Source: Antedon mediterranea (Eukaryota > Animalia > Echinodermata). Taken from it: a stretch of 64,000 nucleotides of DNA. The translations under genes were made by a program, and so were the position numbers. Shown here one piece after another: positions 21,901 to 35,200 of the stretch. The stretch's first letter is position 1, and each line of letters starts with the position of its first letter. Below the pieces are notes generated by a model. That model was not told the origin of the DNA, did not search any database, and saw only the letters and a list, made by a program, of their open reading frames with translations. The DNA lies in assembly GCF_964355755.1 (NCBI RefSeq), contig NC_092680.1, forward strand, positions 10,478,001-10,542,000, read 5' to 3'.

Positions 21901-22979
21901 CTATCTCTCTCTCGTTGATCTATCTCTCTCTCTCGCTGATCTATCTCTCTCTCCGCTATCTCTCTCTCTCTCTCGCTGATCTATCTCTCTCTCGCTGATC
22001 TATCTCTCTCTCACTGATCTATCTCTCTGTCGCTGATCTATCTCTCTCTCGCTGATCTATCTCTCTCTCGCTGATCTATCTCTCTCTCTCTCGCTGATCT
22101 ATCTCTCTCTCGCTGATCTATCTATCTCTCTGTCGCCTGATCTATCTCTCTCTCGCTGATCTATCTCTCTGTCGTTGATCTATCTCTCTTCTCGCTGATC
22201 TGTCTCTCTGTCGCTGATCTATCTCTCTCTCGCTAATCTATCTCTCTGTCGCTGATCTATCTCTCTCTCGCTGATCTATCTCTCTCTCGCTGATCTATCT
22301 ATCTCTCGCTGATCTATCTCTCTCTCGCTGATATATCTCTCTCTTGCTGATCTATCTCTCTCTCGCTGATCTATCTCTCTCTCGATGATCTATCTCTATC
22401 TCGCTGATCCTATCTCTCTCTCGCTGATCTATCTCTATCTCGCTGATCTATCTATCTCTCTCGCTGATCTATCTCTCTCTCGCTGATCTCCCTTGCTGAT
22501 CATCTCTCTCTCTTGCTGATCTATCTCTCTCTCTTGCTGATCTATCTCTCTCTCGCTGATCTATCTCTCTCTCGCTGATCTATCTCTCTCTCGCTGATCT
22601 ATCTCTCTCTCGCTGATCTATCTCTCTCTCGCACTATCTCTCTCTCTCAATGATCTATCTCTCTCTCGCTGATCTATCTCTCTCTCTCGTGATCTATCTG
22701 TGTCTCGCTGATCTATCTCTCTCTCGCTGATCTATCTCTCTCTAGCTGATTTATCTCCCTCTCGCTGATCTATCTCTCTCTCTCGCTGATTTATCTCTCT
22801 CTTGCTGATCTATCTCTCTCTCGCTGATCTATCTCTCTCTCTCTCTCTCGCTGATCTATCTCTCTCTCGCTGATCTATCTCTCTCTCGTTGATCTATCTC
22901 TCTCTCTCGCTGATCTATCTCTCTCTCGCTGATCTCTCTCTCTCTCTCTCTCTCGCTGATCTATCTCTCTCTCGCTGAT
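18913..22979 (+). repeat. 19-bp satellite, array segment 2
   Basis: Same monomer and orientation as segment 1; 19080-19700 is enriched in the TATCCCTCTCTC variant. Confidence 0.98.
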
Positions 22980-25148
22980 CACACTCACGTCATATTGCGA
23001 ATTTTGGACAAAAAGTGTTTTGAGAGCGCTTTTGATTTAAACATTAGCGCGAGCCTATCTTTACCGCTGAGAATTGTATTGAGAAACCCGAAGACTTCAC
23101 GCGAGCGAGACGAACTGACTAAGAACATTATTACTATAGATTTTCACTTCATACACGCTTATTATTGAACAATAGTTAGTATAAATAACTGCTAGTTAAT
23201 TTGAGACATTCGATGTTACTAAGAATACTAAAGAAATTACTTATAATACAAATTTAAAAAATTTATAACGATTCTAGTTTTGGGTAACATTCGCCCATTA
23301 ACAATGAAAACAAACAAATCCTGCGTAGGAAATCGCGGAACTCTAAAAACTTTGTTTTAATATCACGCTAAAATTGTTTCCGAATTTTTAAATACATATT
23401 TGTAAATATTATATTAAATTTCAATATCTTTACTTTTAATCCTCAAAAAATCAAAATGTTGATATTTTTTAAAAGAATTTTATGATCATTTGAAATCGGG
23501 TATATTTACTATCGATCGCGCTCCGCCGGTGCCCGAGTAGGTGTGTACGCGTCGCTTTTGCAGGCTCTATTCCCAGTAGCGAGTTTCGGTCGCGCTAACA
23601 TAAGCAATGTTTTCTACATTTACATGCATTAGGGGTAAATTATGTTTAATTGTTTTTACCGCATAACAAAATTCCAAAATTTATTTCTTTTCTTGCCTAA
23701 CCGTTTCTGTCACCCTAAAATCAAATGCTTTAACTGCATAATTTTAAGCGACAATAACATACAAATAGGCCTACTATAATTTGATCACTTCTGCGCAATA
23801 CTTTAAAGTTGTTGTATACAATTATTTTAAGAATATAAATAAAAACACACAGAAACTAATAAAATGGCAACTAATTGAAAAGTCAAACTCATTTATTTCA
23901 TCAATTAAATATTTGAAAAAAATCAAATCAAGTAAAGGTACTGCTGTGTAGGCCTTAAATATGATTACTGTATTTTTTTAGTTTTAATTTGTATAATGGC
24001 CTAGGCCTAATAATATAGTACTAACAACATGTTTATTTCTAAAGGCAAGAATAACAAACAGCTTTATTTATTTATCTTCAATATTAAATCTATGAGAAAC
24101 CTCAATTATGAGAATCATTTAAATTTCTGTCACCGTACATTTCATTATAATAAAAACCTTTAATTTAAAAGACATTTAATTAATAAGAGCTGGTCAAATT
24201 TTTTTTAATGTCAACATGCTGTCCATAAATAGCCGCTTTCAAGTGATGCAAATGTTTTCTGGAGTCAGATCCTATAAAAAATATAGAAATATAAAAAGTA
24301 TGTTAATTTAAATATGTATTTGAAAGATGGGCTAGAGGTATAGGCCTACTGCATGATAAATTAGGCTGAAAAACCTAGCATGTGGTCCTAGGCCTACTAC
24401 AAGGCCTAGCTTAATGTTTTAAATCCCATAAAACGTTTGAATTTAATACAAGTACAAAATATAATTTATATAGAGTTGTAAAGTGTGGTACATTCAGTAG
24501 TACATTAATTAAAATAAATGAGAATGGGGCCTAATATTAATAAATAAACATGTAAAAAAAATGGCCTAAACGACTACGTGTGTATCTTATACGCATTGAT
24601 TAACACGCAGTACGTGTTGGACCATCAAGGCTAGGCCCAGCTTCGCACAAACCACCGTTATACATGTGATTTGTTTACCTATTTCAATCGCCATTTAAAA
24701 AATACCTGAAAATATCAACATGCCCATTTTTTGTCAAACGAATATTTACATTACATAGTAACTTTTTATTTAGTCACTCGTTTACTCAAAAATTGAGGAA
24801 TTTTTTTATGGTCTCGTAAAAATGTACAATATTATTATTGATAAAAACCGTATAAAATCTAACAAAAAGAACAGCAAATTCAATGATTACCTGACACGAT
24901 CATAACTGCTATCCTGTTCCAAAAACCAAGTCACATGCTTCTTCAACCCTTGCTTTAATTATTGTCATGAATTATTCATAAGGAACTATAATTTAAGGCT
25001 TTCAATTGGTTAAAAGAGTTTAACCCTATTAAAATTTTAAATTCACATCATTTCCGGGTGATGTTGTCGTGCTTCGATGAATCTCTCAGAAATCACAAAT
25101 GACCGCTAGAGGGCTCACTACTTTTTGTCTAGTCTAAATGAATGTGTG
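22980..25148. mobile_element. 2,169-bp non-autonomous DNA transposon, probably CMC/EnSpm-like (CACAC...GTGTG, 2-bp AT TSD)
   Basis: GCTG-AT-[CACAC...GTGTG]-AT-CTATC. Inverted sub-terminal GACAAAAAGT at 23007-23016 and 25120-25129. No ORF in the supplied track. The empty site is visible in the paralogous satellite copy at ~28319. The superfamily is inferred from ends and TSD only; ACAC...GTGT with a GATC TSD is an equally valid parse. Confidence 0.75.
25103..25114 (+). promoter_or_regulatory. CTCF-like core motif CCGCTAGAGGGC
   Basis: Matches the CTCF core consensus CCRCYAGRKGGC at all 12 positions; motif match only. Confidence 0.35.
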
Positions 25149-28100
25149 ATCTATCTCTCTCTCACTGATCTATCTCTCTGTCGCTGATCTATCTCTCTCT
25201 TGCTGATCTATATCTCTCTCGCTGATCTATCTCTCTCTCTCACTGATCTATCTCTCTCTCGCTGATCTATCTATCTCTCTGTCGCTGATCTATCTCTCTC
25301 TCGCTGATCTATCTCTCTGTCGTTGATCTATCTCTCTCTCGCTGATCTGTCTCTCTTTCGCTGATCTATCTCTCTCTCGCTAATCTATCTCTCTGTCGCT
25401 GATCTATCTCTCTCTCGCTTATCTATCTCTCTCTCGCTGATCTATCTCTCTCTCGCTGATCTATCTCTCTCTCGCTGATCTATCTCTCTCTCGCTGATAT
25501 ATCTCTCTCTTGCTGATCTATCTCTCTCTCGCTGATCTATCTCTCTCTCGCTGATCTATCTCTATCTCGCTGATCTATCTCTCTCTCGCTGATCTATCTC
25601 TATCTCGCTGATCTATCTCTCTCTCTCGCTGATCTATCTCTCTCTCGCTGATCTATCTCTCTCTCGCTGATCTATCTCTCTCTCTCGCTGATCTATCTCT
25701 ATCTCGCTGATCTATCTCTCTCTCGCTGATCTATCTCTCTCTCGCTGATCTTTCTCTCTCTCGCTGATCTATCTCTCTCTAGCTGATTTATCTCCCTCTC
25801 GCTGATATATCTCTCTCTCGCTGATCTATCTTTCTCTTGCTGATCTATCTCTCTCTCGCTGATCTCTCTCTCTCTCTCTTTCTCTCTCTCTCGCTGATCT
25901 ATCTCTCTCTCGCTGATCTATCTCTCTCTCGTTGATCTATCTCTCTCTCTGGCTGATCTATCTCTCTCTCGCTGATCTCTCTCTCTCTCGCTGATCTATC
26001 TCTCTCTCTCGCTGATCTATCTCTCTCGCTGATCTATCTCTCTCTCGCTGATCTATCTCTCTCTCTCTCTCGCTGATCTATCTCTCTCTCGCGGATCTAT
26101 CTCTCTCTCTCGCTGATCTATCTCTCTCTCGCTGATCTATCTCTCTCTCGCTGATCTATCTCTCTCTCGCTGATCTATCTCTCTCTCGCTGATCTATCGC
26201 TCTCTCGCTGATCTATATCTCTCTCGCTGATCTATCCCTCTCTCGCTGATCTATCTCTCTCTCGTTGATCTATCTCTCTCTCGCTGATCTATCTCTCTCT
26301 CGCTGATCTATCCTTCTCTCGCTGATCTATCCCTCTCTCGCTGATCTATCTCTCTCTCGCTGATCTATCCCTCTCTCGCTGATCTATCCCTCTCTCGCTG
26401 ATCTATCCCTCTCTCGCTGATCTATCCCTCTCTCGCTGTTCTATCTCTCTCTCGCTGATCTATCGCTCTCGCTGATCTATCTCACTCTCTCACTGATCTA
26501 TCGCTCTCTCGCTGATCTATCTCTCTCTCGCTGATCTATCTCTCTCTCGCTGATCTATCTCTCTCTCGCTGATCTATCCCTCTCTCGCTGATCTATCTCT
26601 CTCTCGCTCGCTGATCTATCCCTCTCTCGCTGATCTATCTCTCTCTCTCACTGATCTATCCCTCTCTCGCTGATCTATCTCTCTCTCTCGCTGATCTATC
26701 TCTCTCTCGTTGATCTATCTCTCTCTCTCCTCGATCTATCTCTCTCTCGCTGATTTCTCTCCTCTCTCTCTCTCGCTGATCTCTCTCTCTCTCGCTGATC
26801 TATCTCTCTCTCGCTGATCTATCTCTCTCTCACTGATCTATCTCTCTCTCGCTGATCTATCTCTCCCTCTCGCTGATCTATCTCTCTCTCGCTGATCTAT
26901 CTCTCTCGCTGATCTATCTCTCTCTCGCTGATCTATCTCTCTCTCGCTCATCTATCTCTCTGTCGCTGATCTATCTCTCTCTCACTGATCTATATCTCTC
27001 TCGCTGATCTCTCTCTCTCTCGCTGATCTATCTCTCTCTCGCTGATATATCTCTCTCTCGCTGATCTATCTCTCTCTCGCTGATCTATCTCTCTCTCTCT
27101 CTCTCGCTGATCTATCTCTCTCTCGCTGATCTATCCCTCTCTCGCTGATCTATCTCTCTCTCGCTGATCTATCTCTCTCTTGCTGATATATCTCTCTCTC
27201 TCTCATCTTTCTCTCTCTCGCTGATCTATCTCTCTCTCTCTCTCTCGCTGATCTATCTCTCTCTCGCTGATCTATCTCTCTCTCGTTGATCTATCTCTCT
27301 CTCTCGCTGATCTATCTCTCTCTCGCTGATCTCTCTCTCTCTCTCTCTCTCGCTGATCTATCTCTCTCTCGCTGATCTATCTCTCTCTCACTGATCTATC
27401 TCTCTGTCGCTGATCTATCTCTCTCTTGCTGATCTATATCTCTCTCGCTGATCTATCTCTCTCTCTCACTGATCTATCTCTCTCTCGCTGATCTATCTAT
27501 CTCTCTGTCGCTGATCTATCTCTCTCTCGCTGATCTATCTCTCTGTCGTTGATCTATCTCTCTCTCGCTGATCTGTCTCTCTGTCGCTGATCTATCTCTC
27601 TCTCGCTAATCTATCTCTCTGTCGCTGATCTATCTCTCTCTCGCTGATCTATCTCTCTCTCACTGATCTATCTATCTCTCGCTGATCTATCTCTCTCTCG
27701 CTGATATATCTCTCTCTTGCTGATCTATCTCTCTCTCGCTGATCTATCTCTCTCTCGATGATCTATCTCTATCTCGCTGATCTATCTCTCTCTCGCTGAT
27801 CTATCTCTATCTCGCTGATCTATCTATCTCTCTCGCTGATCTATCTCTCTCTCGCTGATCTATCTCTCTCTTGCTGATCTATCTCTCTCTCTTGTTGATC
27901 TATCTCTCTCTCGCTGATCTATCTCTCTCTCGCTGATCTATCTCTCTCTCGCTGATCTATCTCTCTCTCGCTGATCTATCTCTCTCTCTCAATGATCTAT
28001 CTCTCTCTCGCTGATCTATCTCTCTCTCTCGCTGATCTATCTGTGTCTCGCTGATCTATCTCTCTCTCGCTGATCTATCTCTCTCTAGCTGATTTATCTC

Positions 28101-29032
28101 CCTCTCGCTGATCTATCTCTCTCTCTCGCTGATTTATCTCTCTCTTGCTGATCTATCTCTCTCTCGCTGATCTATCTCTCTCTCTCTCTCTCGCTGATCT
28201 ATCTCTCTCTCGCTGATCTATCTCTCTCTCGTTGATCTATCTCTCTCTCTCGCTGATCTATCTCTCTCTCGCTGATCTCTCTCTCTCTCTCTCTCGCTGA
28301 TCTATCTCTCTCTCGCTGATCTATCTCTCTCTCACTGATCTATCTCTCTGTCGCTGATCTATCTCTCTCTTGCTGATCTATATCTCTCTCGCTGATCTAT
28401 CTCTCTCTCTCACTGATCTATCTCTCTCTCGCTGATCTATCTATCTCTCTGTCGCTGATCTATCTCTCTCTCGCTGATCTATCTCTCTGTCGTTGATCTA
28501 TCTCTCTCTCGCTGATCTGTCTCTCTTTCGCTGATCTATCTCTCTCTCGCTAATCTATCTCTCTGTCGCTGATCTATCTCTCTCTCGCTTATCTATCTCT
28601 CTCTCGCTGATCTATCTCTCTCTCGCTGATCTATCTCTCTCTCGCTGATCTATCTCTCTCTCGCTGATATATCTCTCTCTTGCTGATCTATCTCTCTCTC
28701 GGTGATCTATCTCTCTCTCGCTGATCTATCTCTATCTCGCTGATCTATCTCTCTCTCGCTGATCTATCTCTATCTCGCTGATCTATCTCTCTCTCTCGCT
28801 GATCTATCTCTCTCTCGCTGATCTATCTCTCTCTCGCTGATCTATCTCTCTCTCTCGCTGATCTATCTCTATCTCGCTGATCTATCTCTCTCTCGCTGAT
28901 CTATTTCTCTCTCGCTGATCTATCTCTCTCTCGCTGATCTATCTCTCTCTAGCTGATTTATCTCCCTCTCGCTGATATATCTCTCTCTCGCTGATCTATC
29001 TCTCTCTTGCTGATCTATCTCTCTCTCGCTGA

Positions 29033-29064
<32 letters not shown>

Positions 29065-32000
29065 GCTGATCTATCTCTCTCTCGCTGATCTATCTCTCTC
29101 TCGTTGATCTATCTCTCTCTCTGGCTGATCTATCTCTCTCTCGCTGATCTCTCTCTCTCTCTCGCTGATCTATCTCTCTCTCTCGCTGATCTATCTCTCT
29201 CGCTGATCTATCTCTCTCTCGCTGATCTATCTCTCTCTCTCTCTCGCTGATCTATCTCTCTCTCGCGGATCTATCTCTCTCTCTCGCTGATCTATCTCTC
29301 TCTCGCTGATCTATCTCTCTCTCGCTGATCTATCTCTCTCTCGCTGATCTATCTCTCTCTCGCTGATCTATCGCTCTCTCGCTGATCTATATCTCTCTCG
29401 CTGATCTATCCCTCTCTCGCTGATCTATCTCTCTCTCGTTGATCTATCTCTCTCTCGCTGATCTATCTCTCTCTCGCTGATCTATCCTTCTCTCGCTGAT
29501 CTATCCCTCTCTCGCTGATCTATCTCTCTCTCGCTGATCTATCCCTCTCTCGCTGATCTATCCCTCTCTCGCTGATCTATCCCTCTCTCGCTGATCTATC
29601 CCTCTCTCGCTGTTCTATCTCTCTCTCGCTGATCTATCGCTCTCGCTGATCTATCTCACTCTCTCACTGATCTATCGCTCTCTCGCTGATCTATCTCTCT
29701 CTCGCTGATCTATCTCTCTCTCGCTGATCTATCTCTCTCTCGCTGATCTATCCCTCTCTCGCTGATCTATCTCTCTCTCGCTCGCTGATCTATCCCTCTC
29801 TCGCTGATCTATCTCTCTCTCTCACTGATCTATCCCTCTCTCGCTGATCTATCTCTCTCTCTCGCTGATCTATCTCTCTCTCGTTGATCTATCTCTCTCT
29901 CTCCTCGATCTATCTCTCTCTCGCTGATTTCTCTCCTCTCTCTCTCTCGCTGATCTCTCTCTCTCTCGCTGATCTATCTCTCTCTCGCTGATCTATCTCT
30001 CTCTCACTGATCTATCTCTCTCTCGCTGATCTATCTCTCCCTCTCGCTGATCTATCTCTCTCTCGCTGATCTATCTCTCTCGCTGATCTATCTCTCTCTC
30101 GCTGATCTATCTCTCTCTCGCTCATCTATCTCTCTGTCGCTGATCTATCTCTCTCTCACTGATCTATATCTCTCTCGCTGATCTCTCTCTCTCTCGCTGA
30201 TCTATCTCTCTCTCGCTGATATATCTCTCTCTCGCTGATCTATCTCTCTCTCGCTGATCTATCTCTCTCTCTCTCTCTCGCTGATCTATCTCTCTCTCGC
30301 TGATCTATCCCTCTCTCGCTGATCTATCTCTCTCTCGCTGATCTATCTCTCTCTTGCTGATATATCTCTCTCTCTCTGATCTTTCTCTCTCTCGCTGATC
30401 TATCTCTCTCTCTCTCTCTCGCTGATCTATCTCTCTCTCGTTGATCTATCTCTCTCTCTCGCTGATCTATCTCTCTCTCGCTGATCTCTCTCTCTCTCTC
30501 TCTCTCGCTGATCTATCTCTCTCTCGCTGATCTATCTCTCTCTCACTGATCTATCTCTCTGTCGCTGATCTATCTCTCTCTTGCTGATCTATATCTCTCT
30601 CGCTGATCTATCTCTCTCTCTCACTGATCTATCTCTCTCTCGCTGATCTATCTATCTCTCTGTCGCTGATCTATCTCTCTCTCGCTGATCTATCTCTCTG
30701 TCGTTGATCTATCTCTCTCTCGCTGATCTGTCTCTCTGTCGCTGATCTATCTCTCTCTCGCTAATCTATCTCTCTGTCGCTGATCTATCTCTCTCTCGCT
30801 GATCTATCTCTCTCTCACTGATCTATCTATCTCTCGCTGATCTATCTCTCTCTCGCTGATATATCTCTCTCTTGCTGATCTATCTCTCTCTCGCTGATCT
30901 ATCTCTCTCTCGATGATCTATCTCTATCTCGCTGATCTATCTCTCTCTCGCTGATCTATCTCTATCTCGCTGATCTATCTATCTCTCTCGCTGATCTATC
31001 TCTCTCTCGCTGATCTATCTCTCTCTTGCTGATCTATCTCTCTCTCTTGTTGATCTATCTCTCTCTCGCTGATCTATCTCTCTCTCGCTGATCTATCTCT
31101 CTCTCGCTGATCTATCTCTCTCTCGCTGATCTATCTCTCTCTCTCAATGATCTATCTCTCTCTCGCTGATCTATCTCTCTCTCTCGCTGATCTATCTGTG
31201 TCTCGCTGATCTATCTCTCTCTCGCTGATCTATCTCTCTCTAGCTGATTTATCTCCCTCTCGCTGATCTATCTCTCTCTCTCGCTGATTTATCTCTCTCT
31301 TGCTGATCTATCTCTCTCTCGCTGATCTATCTCTCTCTCTCTCTCTCGCTGATCTATCTCTCTCTCGCTGATCTATCTCTCTCTCGTTGATCTATCTCTC
31401 TCTCTCGCTGATCTATCTCTCTCTCGCTGATCTCTCTCTCTCTCTCTCTCGCTGATCTATCTCTCTCTCGCTGATCTATCTCTCTCTCACTGATCTATCT
31501 CTCTGTCGCTGATCTATCTCTCTCTTGCTGATCTATATCTCTCTCGCTGATCTATCTCTCTCTCTCACTGATCTATCTCTCTCTCGCTGATCTATCTATC
31601 TCTCTGTCGCTGATCTATCTCTCTCTCGCTGATCTATCTCTCTGTCGTTGATCTATCTCTCTCTCGCTGATCTGTCTCTCTTTCGCTGATCTATCTCTCT
31701 CTCGCTAATCTATCTCTCTGTCGCTGATCTATCTCTCTCTCGCTTATCTATCTCTCTCTCGCTGATCTATCTCTCTCTCGCTGATCTATCTCTCTCTCGC
31801 TGATCTATCTCTCTCTCGCTGATATATCTCTCTCTTGCTGATCTATCTCTCTCTCGGTGATCTATCTCTCTCTCGCTGATCTATCTCTATCTCGCTGATC
31901 TATCTCTCTCTCGCTGATCTATCTCTATCTCGCAGATCTATCTCTCTCTCTCGCTGATCTATCTCTCTCTCGCTGATCTATCTCTCTCTCGCTGATCTAT

Positions 32001-32187
32001 CTCTCTCTCTCGCTGATCTATCTCTATCTCGCTGATCTATCTCTCTCTCGCTGATCTATTTCTCTCTCGCTGATCTATCTCTCTCTCGCTGATCTATCTC
32101 TCTCTAGCTGATTTATCTCCCTCTCGCTGATATATCTCTCTCTCGCTGATCTATCTCTCTCTTGCTGATCTATCTCTCTCTCGCTGA

Positions 32188-32219
<32 letters not shown>

Positions 32220-35200
32220 GCTGATCTATCTCTCTCTCGCTGATCTATCTCTCTCTCGTTGATCTATCTCTCTCTCTGGCTGATCTATCTCTCTCTCGCT
32301 CATCTCTCTCTCTCTCTCGCTGATCTATCTCTCTCTCTCGCTGATCTATCTCTCTCGCTGATCTATCTCTCTCTCGCTGATCTATCTCTCTCTCTCTCTC
32401 GCTGATCTATCTCTCTCTCGCGGATCTATCTCTCTCTCTCGCTGATCTATCTCTCTCTCGCTGATCTATCTCTCTCTCGCTGATCTATCTCTCTCTCGCT
32501 GATCTATCTCTCTCTCGCTGATCTATCGCTCTCTCGCTGATCTATATCTCTCTCGCTGATCTATCCCTCTCTCGCTGATCTATCTCTCTCTCGTTGATCT
32601 ATCTCTCTCTCGCTGATCTATCTCTCTCTCGCTGATCTATCCTTCTCTCGCTGATCTATCCCTCTCTCGCTGATCTATCTCTCTCTCGCTGATCTATCCC
32701 TCTCTCGCTGATCTATCCCTCTCTCGCTGATCTATCCCTCTCTCGCTGATCTATCCCTCTCTCGCTGTTCTATCTCTCTCTCGCTGATCTATCGCTCTCT
32801 CGCTGATCTATCTCTCTCTCTCACTGATCTATCGCTCTCTCGCTGATCTATCTCTCTCTCGCTGATCTATCTCTCTCTCGCTGATCTATCTCTCTCTCGC
32901 TGATCTATCCCTCTCTCGCTGATCTATCTCTCTCTCGCTCGCTGATCTATCCCTCTCTCGCTGATCTATCTCTCTCTCTCACTGATCTATCCCTCTCTCG
33001 CTGATCTATCTCTCTCTCGCTGATCTATCTCTCTCTCGTTGATCTATCTCTCTCTCTCCTCGATCTATCTCTCTCTCGCTGATCTCTCTCCTCTCTCTCT
33101 CTCGCTGATCTCTCTCTCTCTCGCTGATCTATCTCTCTCTCGCTGATCTATCTCTCTCTCACTGATCTATCTCTCTCTCGCTGATCTATCTCTCCCTCTC
33201 GCTGATCTATCTCTCTCTCGCTGATCTATCTCTCTCGCTGATCTATCTCTCTCTCGCTGATCTATCTCTCTCTCGCTCATCTATCTCTCTGTCACTGATC
33301 TATCTCTCTCTCACTGATCTATATCTCTCTCGCTGATCTCTCTCTCTCTCTCGCTGATCTATCTCTCTCTCGCTGATATATCTCTCTCTCGCTGATCTAT
33401 CTCTCTCTCGCTGATCTATCTCTCTCTCTCTCTCTCGCTGATCTATCTCTCTCTCGCTGATCTATCCCTCTCTCGCTGATCTATCTCTCTCTCGCTGATC
33501 TATCTCTCTCTTGCTGATATATCTCTCTCTCTCTGATCTTTCTCTCTCTCGCTGATCTATCTCTCTCTCTCTCTCTCGCTGATCTATCTCTCTCTCGCTG
33601 ATCTATCTCTCTCTCGTTGATCTATCTCTCTCTCTCGCTGATCTATCTCTCTCTCGCTGATCTCTCTCTCTCTCTCTCTCTCGCTGATCTATCTCTCTCT
33701 CGCTGATCTATCTCTCTCTCACTGATCTATCTCTCTGTCGCTGATCTATCTCTCTCTTGCTGATCTATATCTCTCTCGCTGATCTATCTCTCTCTCTCAC
33801 TGATCTATCTCTCTCTCGCTGATCTATCTATCTCTCTGTCGCTGATCTATCTCTCTCTCGCTGATCTATCTCTCTGTCGTTGATCTATCTCTCTCTCGCT
33901 GATCTGTCTCTCTTTCGCTGATCTATCTCTCTCTCGCTAATCTATCTCTCTGTCGCTGATCTATCTCTCTCTCGCTTATCTATCTCTCTCTCGCTGATCT
34001 ATCTCTCTCTCGCTGATCTATCTCTCTCTCGCTGATCTATCTCTCTCTCGCTGATATATCTCTCTCTTGCTGATCTATCTCTCTCTCGCTGATCTATCTC
34101 TCTCTCGCTGATCTATCTCTATCTCGCTGATCTATCTCTCTCTCGCTGATCTATCTCTATCTCGCTGATCTATCTCTCTCTCTCGCTGATCTATCTCTCT
34201 CTCGCTGATCTATCTCTCTCTCGCTGATCTATCTCTCTCTCTCGCTGATCTATCTCTATCTCGCTGATCTATCTCTCTCTCGCTGATCTATCTCTCTCTC
34301 GCTGATCTATCTCTCTCTCGCTGATCTATCTCTCTCTAGCTGATTTATCTCCCTCTCGCTGATATATCTCTTTCTCGCTGATCTATCTCTCTCTTGCTGA
34401 TCTATCTCTCTCTCGCTGATCTCTCTCTCTCTCTCTTTCTCTCTCTCTCGCTGATCTATCTCTCTCTCTCGCTGATCTATCTCTCTCTCGTTGATCTATC
34501 TCTCTCTCTCGCTGATCTATCTCTCTCTCGCTGATCTCTCTCTCTCTCGCTGATCTATCTCTCTCTCTCGCTGATCTATCTCTCTCGCTGATCTATCTCT
34601 CTCTCGCTGATCTATCTCTCTCTCTCTCTCGCTGATCTATCTCTCTCTCGCTGATCTATCTCTCTCTCTCGCTGATCTATCTCTCTCTCGCTGATCTATC
34701 TCTCTCTCGCTGATCTATCTCTCTCTCGCTGATCTATCTCTCTCTCGCTGATCTATCGCTCTCTCGCTGATCTATATCTCTCTCGCTGATCTATCCCTCT
34801 CTCGCTGATCTATCTCTCTCTCGTTGATCTATCTCTCTCTCGCTGATCTATCTCTCTCTCGCTGATCTATCCTTCTCTCGCTGATCTATCCCTCTCTCGC
34901 TGATCTATCTCTCTCTCGCTGATCTATCCCTCTCTCGTTGATCTATCCCTCTCTCGCTGATCTATCCCTCTCTCGCTGATCTATCCCTCTCTCGCTGTTC
35001 TATCTCTCTCTCGCTGATCTATCGCTCTCTCGCTGATCTATCTCTCTCTCTCACTGATCTATCGCTCTCTCGCTGATCTATCTCTCTCTCGCTGATCTAT
35101 CTCTCTCTCGCTGATCTATCTCTCTCTCGCTGATCTATCCCTCTCTCGCTGATCTATCTCTCTCTCGCTCGCTGATCTATCCCTCTCTCGCTGATCTATC

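Noticed and set aside
22975-25153. Bona fide RAG/Transib insertion with a 5-bp TSD
   Set aside because: With CAC...GTG ends the flanks are CTGAT and ATCTA, which do not match. The 5-bp TGATC parse gives non-inverted ends, and no transposase is encoded.
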